A DNA stretch of 64,000 nt from contig NW_027362767.1 in NCBI RefSeq assembly GCF_046119375.1, positions 247,442,001-247,506,000 of the forward strand, read 5' to 3'. Of this stretch, positions 27,101 through 38,863 are shown piece by piece. Under the pieces are notes generated by a model. That model had not been told where the DNA came from and made no database searches. It saw nothing but the letters and a program-made list of their open reading frames with translations. The first letter of the stretch is position 1; every line of letters begins with the position of its first letter. The position numbers were made by a program, and so were the translations under genes. Origin of the DNA: Phyllobates terribilis (taxonomy: Eukaryota).

Positions 27101-30100
27101 ATACATGGAGGGTGGCTGCCGCTGGCCCCCACATCTGGGGGGAGAATACATGGAGGGTGGATGCCGCTGACCCCCACATCTGGGGGGAGAATACTAGGAG
27201 GGTGGCTGCTGCTGGCCCCCACATCTGGGTGGTGAATACATGGAGGATGGATGCCGCTGGCCCCCACACCTGGGGGGAGAATACATGGAGGGTGGCTGCC
27301 GCTGGCCCCCACATCTTGGTGGTGAATACATGGAGGGTGGATGCCACTGGCCCCCACACCTGGAGAGAGAATACATGGAGGGTGGCTGCCGCTGGCCCCC
27401 ACATATGGGGGGAGAATACATGGAGGATGGCTGCCACTGGCCCCCACATCTGGGGGCAGAATACATGGAGGATGGCTGCCGCTGGCCCCCACATCTGGGG
27501 AGAGAATACATGGAGGATGGCTGCCGCTGGCCTCCACATCTAGTGGAGAATACATGGAGGGTGGCTGCCGCTGGCCTCCACATCTGGGGGGAGAATACAT
27601 GGAGGGTGGATGCCGCTCGCCCCCACATCTGGGGGGAAAATACATGGAGGGTGGATGCCGCTGGCCCCCACATCTGGGGGGAGAATACATGGAGGGTGGA
27701 TGCTGCTGTCCCCCACATCTGGTGGAGAATACATGGAGGGTGGCTGCCGCTGGCCCCCACATCTAGTAGAGAATATATGGAGGGTGGATGCCACTGGCCC
27801 CCACATCTGGGGGGAGAATACATGGAGGGTGGATGTCGCTGGCCCCCACATCTGGGGGGAGAATACATGGAGGGTGGATGCCGCTGGCCCCCACATCTGG
27901 GGAGAGAATACATGGAGGGTGGCTGCCGCTGGCCCCCACATCGGGTGGTGAATACATGGAGGGTGGATGCCGCTGGCCCTCACACCTGGGGAGAGAATAC
28001 AAGGAGGATGGCTGCCGCTGGCCCCCACATCTAGTGGAGAATACATGGAGGATGGCTGCCGCTGGCCCCCACTTCTAGCATCTAGTGGAGAATACATGGA
28101 GGATGGCTGCCGCTGGCCCCCACTTCTAGCATCTAGTGGAGAATACATGGAGGATGGCTGCCGCTGGCCCCCACATCTGGGTGGTGTATACATGGAGGGT
28201 GGATGCCGCTGTCACCCCCCACACACCTGGGGGGAGAATACATAGAGGGTGGCTGCCGCTGGCCCCCACATCTGGGTGGTGAATACATGGAGGATGGCTG
28301 CCGCTGGCCCCCACATCTAGTAGAGAATACATGGAGGGTGACTGCCGCTGGCCTTCACACGTGGGGGGTGAATACATGGAGGGTGGTTGCCGCTGGCCCC
28401 CATATCTGGGTGGTGAATACATGGAGGGTGGATGCCGCTGGCCCCCACATCTGGGTGGTGAATACACGGAGGATGGCTGCCGCTGGCCCCCACATCTAGT
28501 GGAGTATACATGGAGGATGACTGCCGCAGGCCCCCACATCTGGGGGGAGAATACATGGAGGGTGGTTGCCACTGGCCCCCACATCTGGGTGGTGAATACA
28601 TGGAGGGTGGATGACGCTGGCCCCCACATCTGGGTGGTGAATACACGGAGGATGGCTGCCGCTGGCCCCTACATCTAGTGGAGAATACATGGAGGGTGGA
28701 TGCCGCTGGCCCCTACATCTGGGGGGAGAATACATGGAGGGTGGCTGCTGCTGGCCCCCACATCTGGGTGGTGAATACATGTTGGATGGCTGCCGCTGGC
28801 CCCCACACCTGGGGGGAGAATACATGGAGGGTGGCTGCCGCAGGCCCCCACAACTAGTGGAGAATACATGGAGGGTGGATGCAGCTGGCCCCCACATCTG
28901 GGGGGAGAATACATGGAGGGTGGCTGCCACTGGCCCCCACATCTGGGTGGTGAATACATGTTGGATGGCTGCCGCTGGCCCCCACACCTGGGGGGAGAAT
29001 ACATGGAGGGTGGCTGCCGCTGGCCCCCACATCTGGGTGGTGAATACATGTTGGATGGCTGCCGCTGGCCCCCACATCTGGGGGGAGACTACATGGAGGG
29101 TGGCTGCCGCTGGCCCCCACATCTGGGTGGTTAATACATGTTGGATGGCTGCCGCTGGCCCCCACATCTGGGTGGTGAATACATGGAGGGTGGTTGCCGC
29201 TGGCCCCCACATCTGGGTGGTGAATACATGCAGGGTGGATGCTGCTGGCCCCAACACCTGGGGGGAGAATACATGGAGGGTGGCTGCCGCTGGCCCTCAC
29301 ATCTGGGTGGTGAATACACGGAAGATGGCTGCCGCTGGCCCCCACATCTGGTGGAGAATACATGGAGGGTGGATGCCGCTGGCCCCCACATCTGGGGGGA
29401 GAATACATGGTGGGTGGATGCCGCTGGCCCCCACATCTGGTGAGAGAATACATGGAGGGTGGTTGCCGCTGGCCCCCAAACCTGGGTGGTGAATACACGG
29501 AGGGTGGCTGCCGCTGGCCCCCACATCTAGTGGAGTATACATGGAGGATGACTGCCGCTGGCCCCCACATCTGGGGGGAGAATACATGGAGGGTGGTTGC
29601 CACTGGCCCCCACATCTGGGTGGTGAATACATGGAGGGTGGATGACGCTGGCCCCCACATCTGGGTGTTAAATACACGGAGGATGGCTGCCGCTGGCCCC
29701 CACATCTAGTGGAGAATACATGGAGTGTGGATGCCGCTGGCCCCTACATCTGGGGGGAGAATACATGGAGGGTGGCTGCTGCTGGCCCCCACATCTGGGT
29801 GGTGAATACATGGAGGGTGGCTGCCGCTGGCCCCCACATCTGGGTGGTGAATACATGTTGGATGGCTGCCGCTGGCCCCCACACCTGGGGGGAGAATACA
29901 TGGAGGGTGGCTGCCGCTGGCCCCCACAACTAGTGGAGAATACATGGAGGGTGGATGCAGCTGGCCCCCACATCTGGGGGGAGAATACATGGAGGGTGGC
30001 TGCCGCTGGCCCCCACATCTGGGTGGTGAATACATGTTGGATGGCTGCAGCTGGCCCTCACACCTGGGGGGAGAATACATGGAGGGTGGCTGCCGCTGGC

Positions 30101-33100
30101 CCCCACATCTGGGTGGTGAATACATGTTGGATGGCTGCCGCTGGCCCCCACACCTGGGGGGAGAATACATGGAGGGTGGCTGCCGCTGGCCCCCACATCT
30201 GGGTGGTTAATACATGTTGGATGGCTGCCGCTGGCCCCCACATCTGGGTGGTGAATACATGGAGGGTGGTTGCCGCTGGCCCCCACATCTGGGTGTTGAA
30301 TACATGCAGGGTGGATGCCGCTGGCCCCAACACCTGGGGGGAGAATACATGGAGGGTGGCTGCCGCTGGCCCTCACATCTGGGTGGTGAATACACGGAAG
30401 ATGGCTGCCGCTGGCCCCCACATCTGGTGGAGAATACATGGAGGGTGGATGCCGCTGGCCCCCACATCTGGGGGGAGAATACATGGTGGGTGGATGCCGC
30501 TGGCCCCCACATCTGGTGAGAGAATACATGGAGGGTGGTTGCCGCTGGCCCCCACACCTGGGTGGTGAATACACGGAGGGTGGCTGCCGCTGGTCCCCAC
30601 ATCTAGTGGAGAATACATGGAGGGTGACTGCCACTGGCCTTCACTTCTGGGGGGAGAATACATGGAGGGTGGTTGCCGCTGGCCCCCACATCTGGGTGGT
30701 GAATACATGGAGGGTGGATGCCGCTGGCCCCCACACCTGGGGGGAGAATACATGGAGGGTGGCTGCCGCTGGCCCCCACATCTGGGTGGTGAATACATGG
30801 AGGGTGGTTGCCACTGGCCCCCACACCTGGGGGGAGAATACATGCAGGGTGGCTGCCGCTGGCCCCCACATCTGGGTGGTGAATACATGTTGGATGGCTG
30901 CCGCTGGCCCCCACATCTGGGTGGTGAATACACGGAGGATGGCTGCCGCTGGCCCCCACATCTAGTGGAGAACACATGGAGGGTGACTGCCGCTGGCCTT
31001 CACATCTGGGGGGAGAATACATGGAGGGTGGTTGCCGCTGGCCCCCACATCTGGGTGGTGAATACATGGAGGGTGGATGCCGCTGGCCCCCACACCTAGG
31101 GGGACAATACATGGAGGGTGGCTGCCGCTGGCCCCCACATCTGGGGGGAGAATATATGGAGGGTGGTTGCCGCTGGCCCCCACATCTGGGTGGTGAATAC
31201 ATGGAGGGTGGATGCCGCTGGCCCCAACACCTGGGAGGAGAATACATGGAGGGTGGCTGCTGCTGGCCCTCACATCTGGGTGGTGTATACACGGAGGATG
31301 GCGGCCGCTGGTCCCCACATCTGGTGGAGAATACATGGAGGGTGGATGCCGCTGGCCCCCACATCTGGGGGGGAGAATACATGGAGGGTGGCTGCCGCTG
31401 GCCCCCACATCTGGTGAGAGAATACATGGAGGGTGGTTGCCGCTGGCCCCCACACCTGGGTGAATACACGGAGGATGGCTGCCGCTGGCCCCCCTCATCT
31501 AGTGGAGAATACATGGAGGGTGACTGCCGCTTGCCTTCACATCTGGGGGGAGAATACATGGAGGGTGATTGCCGCTGGCCCCCACATCTGGGTGGTGAAT
31601 ACATGGAGGGTGGATGCCGCTGGCCCCCACACCTGGGGGGAGAATACATGGAGGGTGGCTGCCGCTGGCCCCCACATCTGGGTGGTGAATACATGGAGGG
31701 TGGTTGCCGCTGGCCCCCACATCTGGGGGGAGAATACATGGAGGGTGGCTGCCGCTGGCCCCCACATCTGGGTGGTGAATACATGTTGGATGGCTGCCGC
31801 TGGCCCCCACATCTGGGTGGTGAATACACGGAGGATGGCTGCCGCTGGCCCCCACATCTAGTGGAGAATACATGGAGGGTGGATGCCGCCGGCCCCCACA
31901 TCTGGGGGGAGAATACATGGAGGGTGGCTGCCGCTGGCCCCCACATCTGGGTGGTGAATACATGTTGGATGGCTGCCGCTGGCCCCCACACCTGGGGGGA
32001 GAATACATGGAGGGTGGCTGCCGCTGGCCCCCACATCTGGGTGGTGAATACATGTTGGATGGCTGCCGCTGGCCCCCACGCCTGGGGGGAGAATACATGG
32101 AGGGTGGCTGCCGCTGGCCCCCACATCTGGGTGGTGAATACATGTTGGATGGCTGCCGCTGGCCCCCACATCTGGGTGGTGAATACATGGAGGGTGGCTG
32201 CCACTGACCCCCACATCTGGGTGGTGAATACATGTTGGATGGCTGCCGCTGGCCCCCACACCTGGGGGGAGAATACATGGAGGGTGGATGCCGCTGGCCC
32301 CCACATCTGGGTGGTGAATACATGTTGGATGGCAGCCGCTGGCCCCCACATCTGGGTGGTGAATACATGGAGGGTGGCTGCCGCTGGCCCCCACATCTGG
32401 GTGGTGAATACATGTTGGATGGCTGCCGCTGGCCCCCACATCTGGGTGGTGAATACATGGAGGGTGGCTGCCGCTGGCCTTCACATCTGGGGGGAGAATA
32501 CATGGAGGGTGGCTGCCGCTGGCCCCCACATCTAGTGGAGAATACATGGAGGGTGGCTGCCGCTGGCCCCCACATCTGGGGGGAGAATACATGGAGGGTG
32601 GATGCCGCTGGCCCCCACATCTCGGGGGAAAATACATGGAGGGTGGATGCCGCTGACCCCCACATCTGGGGGGAGAATACACGGAGGGTGGACGCCGCTG
32701 GCCCCCACATCTGGGGAGAGAATACATGGATGGTGGATGCCGCTGGCTCCCACATCTGGGGAGAGAATACATGGAGGGTGGCTGCCGCTGGCCCCCACAT
32801 CTGGGTGGTGAATACATGGAGGGTGGATGCCGCTGGCCCCCACACCTGGGGAGAGAATACATGGAGGATGGCTGCCGCTGGCCCCCACATCTAGTGGAGA
32901 ATACATGGAGGATGGCTGCCGCTGGCCCCCACTTCTAGCATCTAGTGGAGAATACATGGAGGATGGCTGCCGCTGGCCCCCACATCTGGGGGGAGAATAC
33001 ATGGAGGGTGGATGCCGCTGGCCCCCTCATCTGGGGAGAGAATACATGGAGGGTGGTTGCCGCTGGCCCCCACATCTGGTGGAGAATACATGGAGGGTGG

Positions 33101-35803
33101 CTGTCGCTGGCCCCCACATCTGGGGGGAGAATACATGGAGGGTGGCTGCCGCTGGCCCCCACATCTAGTGGAGAATACATGGAGGGTGACTGCCACTGGC
33201 CTTCACTTCTGGGGGGAGAATACATGGAGGGTGGTTGCCGCTGGCCCCCACATCTGGGTGGTGAATACATGGAGGGTGGATGCCGCTGGCCCCCACACCT
33301 GGGGGGAGAATACATGGAGGGTGGCTGCCGCTGGCCCCCACATCTGGGTGGTGAATACATGGAGGGTGGTTGCCACTGGCCCCCACACCTGGGGGGAGAA
33401 TACATGGAGGGTGGCTGCCGCTGGCCCCCACATCTGGGTGGTGAATACATGTTGGATGGCTGCCGCTGGCCCCCACATCTGGGTGGTGAATACACGGAGG
33501 ATGGCTGCCGCTGGCCCCCACATCTAGTGGAGAACACATGGAGGGTGACTGCCGCTGGCCTTCACATCTGGGGGGAGAATACATGGAGGGTGGTTGCCGC
33601 TGGCCCCCACATCTGGGTGGTGAATACATGGAGGGTGGATGCCGCTGGCCCCCACACCTAGGGGGACAATACATGGAGGGTGGCTGCCGCTGGCCCCCAC
33701 ATCTGGGGGGAGAATATATGGAGGGTGGTTGCCGCTGGCCCCCACATCTGGGTGGTGAATACATGGAGGGTGGATGCCGCTGGCCCCAACACCTGGGAGG
33801 AGAATACATGGAGGGTGGCTGCTGCTGGCCCTCACATCTGGGTGGTGTATACACGGAGGATGGCGGCCGCTGGTCCCCACATCTGGTGGAGAATACATGG
33901 AGGGTGGATGCCGCTGGCCCCCACATCTGGGGGGGAGAATACATGGAGGGTGGCTGCCGCTGGCCCCCACATCTGGTGAGAGAATACATGGAGGGTGGTT
34001 GCCGCTGGCCCCCACACCTGGGTGAATACACGGAGGATGGCTGCCGCTGGCCCCCCTCATCTAGTGGAGAATACATGCGAGGGTGACTGCCGCTTGCTTC
34101 ACATCTGGGGGGAGAATACATGGAGGGTGATTGCCGCTGGCCCCCACATCTGGGTGGTGAATACATGGAGGGTGGATGCCGCTGGCCCCCACACCTGGGG
34201 GGAGAATACATGGAGGGTGGCTGCCGCTGGCCCCCACATCTGGGTGGCGAATACATGGAGGGTGGTTGCCGCTGGCCCCCACATCTGGGGGGAGAATACA
34301 TGGAGGGTGGCTGCCGCTGGCCCCCACATCTGGGTGGTGAATACATGTTGGATGGCTGCCGCTGGCCCCCACATCTGGGTGGTGAATACACGGAGGATGG
34401 CTGCCGCTGGCCCCCACATCTAGTGGAGAATACATGGAGGGTGGATGCCGCCGGCCCCCACATCTGGGGGGAGAATACATGGAGGGTGGCTGCCGCTGGC
34501 CCCCACATCTGGGTGGTGAATACATGTTGGATGGCTGCCGCTGGCCCCCACACCTGGGGGGAGAATACATGGAGGGTGGCTGCCGCTGGCCCCCACATCT
34601 GGGTGGTGAATACATGTTGGATGGCTGCCGCTGGCCCCCACGCCTGGGGGGAGAATACATGGAGGGTGGCTGCCGCTGGCCCCCACATCTGGGTGGTGAA
34701 TACATGTTGGATGGCTGCCGCTGGCCCCCACATCTGGGTGGTGAATACATGGAGGGTGGCTGCCACTGACCCCCACATCTGGGTGGTGAATACATGTTGG
34801 ATGGCTGCCGCTGGCCCCCACACCTGGGGGGAGAATACATGGAGGGTGGATGCCGCTGGCCCCCACATCTGGGTGGTGAATACATGTTGGATGGCAGCCG
34901 CTGGCCCCCACATCTGGGTGGTGAATACATGGAGGGTGGCTGCCGCTGGCCCCCACATCTGGGTGGTGAATACATGTTGGATGGCTGCCGCTGGCCCCCA
35001 CATCTGGGTGGTGAATACATGGAGGGTGGCTGCCGCTGGCCTTCACATCTGGGGGGAGAATACATGGAGGGTGGCTGCCGCTGGCCCCCACATCTGGGGG
35101 GAGAATACATGGAGGGTGGATGCAGCTGGCCCCCACATCTGGGTGGTGAATACATGGAGGGTGGCTGCCGCTGGCCCCCACATCTGGGTGGTGAATACAT
35201 GTTGGATGGCTGCCGCTGGCCCCCACATCTGGGTGGTGAATACATGGAGGGTGGCTGCCGCTGGCCTTCACATCTGGGGGGAGAATACATGGAGGGTGGC
35301 TGCCGCTGGCCCCCACATCTGGGGGGAGAATACATGGAGGGTGGATGCCGCTGGCCCCCACATCTGGGTGGTGAATACATGTTGGATGGCTGCCGCTGGC
35401 CTCCACATCTGGGTGGTGAATACATGGAGGGTGACTGCCGCTGGCCTTCACATCTGGGGGGAGAATACATGGAGGGTGGCTGCCGCTGGCCCCCACATCT
35501 GGGTGGTGAATACATGTTGGATGGCTGCCGCTGGCCCCCACATCTGGGTGGTGAATACATGGAGGGTGGCTGCCGCTGGCCCCCACATCTGGGTGGTGAA
35601 TACATGTTGGATGGCTGCCGCTGGCCTCCACATCTGGGTGGTGAATACATGGAGGGTGGCTGCCGCTGGCCTTCACATCTGGGGGGAGAATACATGGAGG
35701 GTGGCTGCCGCTGGCCCCCACATCTGGGTGGTGAATACACGGAGGATGGCGGCCGCTGGCCCCCACATCTGGGGGGAGAATACATGGAGGGTGGCTGCCA
35801 CTG
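21110..35803. repeat. 45-bp tandem repeat array 2 (about 325 units, with kilobase higher-order duplications)
   Basis: Consensus GCTGGCCCCCACATCTGGG(G/T)GG(A/T)GAATACATGGAGGGTGG(C/A)TGCC, same family and orientation as array 1. Identical ORFs recur in the track at offsets 1251, about 1076 and 2562 bp. Confidence 0.98.
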
Positions 35804-36199
35804 GTCGTGCGTTTTCCCATCAAAAGTGATGACAACAGCACAGACCCCCATTCTGCGGAGGGTGAGGGCCTCTGGGGACACCCTTTTTAACCCTTCAATA
35901 GCTGGTCTTTATAGAGGGTGGAGCTGCACATTTTAGACCTTGCAGCAATGCCATAGAGCGGCGATCTGGTTGCAGGACACTGTTCCCAGGGGGCTGTAGT
36001 TTTGCAGTATTATCTGACCTGGGCACTGGCAGGGCTTGCTGGGAGTTGGTGTTTGGCACGTTGGGGGCTCATAGCCACAGACTATAGTAGAGGAGGGGTC
36101 ATCATCACCTAGACCGCATCATTAACACTTTCTCTTCATGCGACGCCATTTGTTTTAACCCATTTGTGTCCTTGTGCTAAAATCCTAAATAAACAAGTG

Positions 36200-36374
36200 T
36201 GAGCTGCGCACGTCCGACCTCCGGCCGGCAGAGGGCGCGCTGTACAGTGCGCGATGGTCCGCGCCATTGTCTGCGCTGTGGTGCAGGAGAGGAGGAGGCC
36301 TGGGGGCTGCGGGGAGGACCGGCTGTCCGGGGGAAGCGGAGCACTGCACGGGGATTAACGCTCAGCATTAGCCG
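36200..36374 (+). promoter_or_regulatory. CIZ1: CpG-rich promoter and putative non-coding exon 1 of CIZ1
   Basis: Only CpG-dense unique segment upstream of the first coding exon. Ends at a donor CCG|GTGAGA (36375). TSS is not determinable from sequence. Confidence 0.6.
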
Positions 36375-36809
36375 GTGAGATGGGGCTGCAGCACACAGGG
36401 TGGCATAATGGCAGGATATGATTGGTGGCATGTTACGTGTGGTGGGCACTGAGGTTGGCACATGCTTGTTACATAAGGACAGGTGGCTATTCAGGGGGGC
36501 ACATGCATCCACCCCTCACCATGCCACATGTATGTGCCACCCTCAGTGCCCCCCTCGTGTGACATACTGCGTAATGAGGGGGTGGGGGCATGAGATGTCA
36601 GATGGGCACTGAGGGTGGCAAACAATGCCAGTGGTTACATAATGATAGGTGTATGCTGCATGAGATGGACACTAGGGGTGGCACGTACAGCCATCTCTCA
36701 CAATGTGTGTGCCACCCTAAATGCCCACACCTGTAATGTTACATACACAGAGTAGATTGCTTAAGTCCTGCAATGGATGGGCACAGAATGGCAAAAGGTG
36801 GATGTATGT

Positions 36810-37260
36810 GCCGCCCTCAGTGCCCATCTAATGTATAATGACTGGCCCATCTAATGTATAATGACTGGTGGACGTGGTAATATTGTATATGCTGCCCTCA
36901 GTGCCCATCTAATGTATAATGACTGGTGGACGTGGTAATATTGTATGTGCTGACCCTCAGTGCCCATCTAATGTATAATGACTGGTGGATGTGGTAATAT
37001 TGTATGTGCTGACCCTCAGTGCCCATCTAATGTATAATGACTGGTGGACGTGGTAATATTGTATGTGCCGCACTCAGTGCCCATCTAATGTATAATGACT
37101 GGTGGACGTGGTAATATTGTATGTGCTGACCCTCAGTGCCCATCTAATGTATAATGACTGGTGGATGTGGTAATATTGTATGTGCCGCCCTCAGTGCCCA
37201 TCTAATGTATAATGTCTGGTGGATGTGGTAATGTTGTATGTGCCGCCCTCGGTGCCAATC
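36810..37260. repeat. 58/59-bp minisatellite (about 7 copies) in CIZ1 intron 1
   Basis: Unit CCCTCAGTGCCCATCTAATGTATAATGACTGGTGGAYGTGGTAATATTGTATGTGC.., with GTGCCC anchors at 36901, 36960, 37019, 37077, 37136 and 37194. Confidence 0.92.
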
Positions 37261-38018
37261 TCTCACAACTTATCACATAATGAGGGTTGGATGAAGTGGC
37301 AGGTAACATGAGAAGGGCACTATCCTTTTTCATGGTGAGTAGTGTTTTTGTGCCGCCCTCAGTGCCCATCTCATGTAACATATCGCCACACCCAGCTCTT
37401 ATGTGACGTTACATGAGATGGTCATTGGGGGTGGCACACAGATATGAGATAAAGGGCATTGTGGGTGGCACATACATAAGATGTCATATTAGTCACCCCA
37501 TGTGCTGCCCATGAGCAGTGGCACCGCTCTGCCATGTCTCCGGCAATCTATGTATTACAGGGAAGAGGTCGGCAGCTGATGGCTGGCATGTAATAAGAGC
37601 TGGACGTGCATAATTCATGCCAGGCTGCCGCTCTAGAGGTAGGTGGCTTACATGGAAGTGATCGGCATCTATGTTGCTGGAGAGTAAGTGGGCACTTCTG
37701 TAAGTATTAGGGTACTCTTCCCCCTCCATGTGAAGCCTTATACAGAGAATGACTGGGGGGCTCCATCATGTGCATCACTATCTCCCCCCCCCCCCCACAG
37801 TATTAATCTGATTTTCTTCCCCAACACGTTATGGGGTCCTTGCTATGTCGTATTAATGCCCCCCATAGTCTGCCGGCAAACATACATTTCATCCTTCCCG
37901 ATGAATAATTTACCTGCAGTTTCCTTGACATGCTTAACATGTCACTCTCCGCAAGGAGAAATGTTACCCCTTAGATACCGGTCTGACGCCTCTCACCCAC
38001 TCAAACCAGATCTCACAC

Positions 38019-38063
38019 TTTGCACTGACGAGGGGTAGTACTCCGAAACACAGTGTGTGCAAA
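38019..38063 (+). ncRNA. Minimal type I hammerhead ribozyme motif (Penelope/retrozyme-like), with G at the cleavage position
   Basis: TTTGCA-CTGACGA-GGGG(TAGTA)CTCC-GAAA-CAC(A)GTG-T-G-TGCAAA: stem I, CUGANGA, stem II, GAAA and a short palindromic stem III. Confidence 0.75.
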
Positions 38064-38144
38064 TTGAGTTTCTGGTTCTGGCTTATATCCTAAGTTGTGA
38101 TAAGACTCGTTAAAGGGTCACTATTGATTTTAGGATTGCTACTT

Positions 38145-38160
38145 CCTGTAGGTGGCACTA
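38145..38160 (+). promoter_or_regulatory. CTCF-consensus motif
   Basis: CCTGTAGGTGGCACTA, motif match only. Confidence 0.4.
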
Positions 38161-38723
38161 GAGTTCTAGGTCTCTTCCTCTCTGAAGAGGCAATCTCCTT
38201 ATAGAAGGGATTCACCGCAGCGTCTTCCCGTGGGGACCACTTAGCGGCAGGTGTGGGCCGAACTGTCAGCTTCTTACTTTTCTGTCTCTGAGGAGCAGTT
38301 TAAGACCCCAAATGACCCCATTACTTTATAAGGGCCGGTACCTGACTTTTCCAGAACCCTGAATGGCAATGCTGCCTTATGTAGCAATTAATTTCCTTAT
38401 AGGGGTTCTTCCATCTTAAAGTGATGGCATAATGTAGACTTAATGATCATAAGGAGCCAATTTTTGGGCTGCAGCACCAGTGTGTCTACAGTACAGCGTC
38501 CCCCATGCTATGTAGGGGAATTACAACATATCCTGGTTGTTGTTCCTCCTACAGCTGGGTGGTCGGGTTTCCGCTGTGCAGGAGAATCTGAGTAGGAGGC
38601 TGCAGGACTGTGTCTATTTTATTCTGGGGATCAGAGGGGGTCTGACCTCCAAGACTTTTGATCTCCCCACTGATGTGAAGGATCAGCTCTTCTCTGTTGT
38701 CCTAGGTCCTTTGCTTGTTTAAG

Positions 38724-38863
38724 ATGTTTAACAACCAGCAGCAGTTGCAGCAGCTCATTCAGCTCCAGCACCTCCTGCAGCAGCAGCAGCACACGGTGCA
38801 GCAGCCAGCGCACCATCCGCAGAGCGCACAGCACCCACTGCCCGCCCAGCATGCAGCGCCCAG
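38724..38863 (+). CDS. CIZ1: CIZ1 coding exon 1 (polyQ)
   Basis: [23 protein letters not shown]..., donor CAG|GTAAG. Confidence 0.92.

Noticed and set aside
21110-35803. CRISPR-like or ribozyme-bearing array
   Set aside because: Units are contiguous with no unique spacers, the context is eukaryotic with no cas genes, and there is no CUGANGA/GAAA hammerhead core in the unit.
21110-35803. Resemblance of GGAGGGTGG/GCTGG to the minisatellite core or Chi sequence
   Set aside because: The match is short and expected by chance in G-rich repeats.
8591-35936. Hundreds of long ORFs (up to 684 aa) on both strands read as Pro/Gly/Trp/Cys-rich proteins
   Set aside because: They are translations of a 45-bp tandem repeat. 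Frames are broken at random by indels, and there are no splice signals, unique domains or preferred frame.
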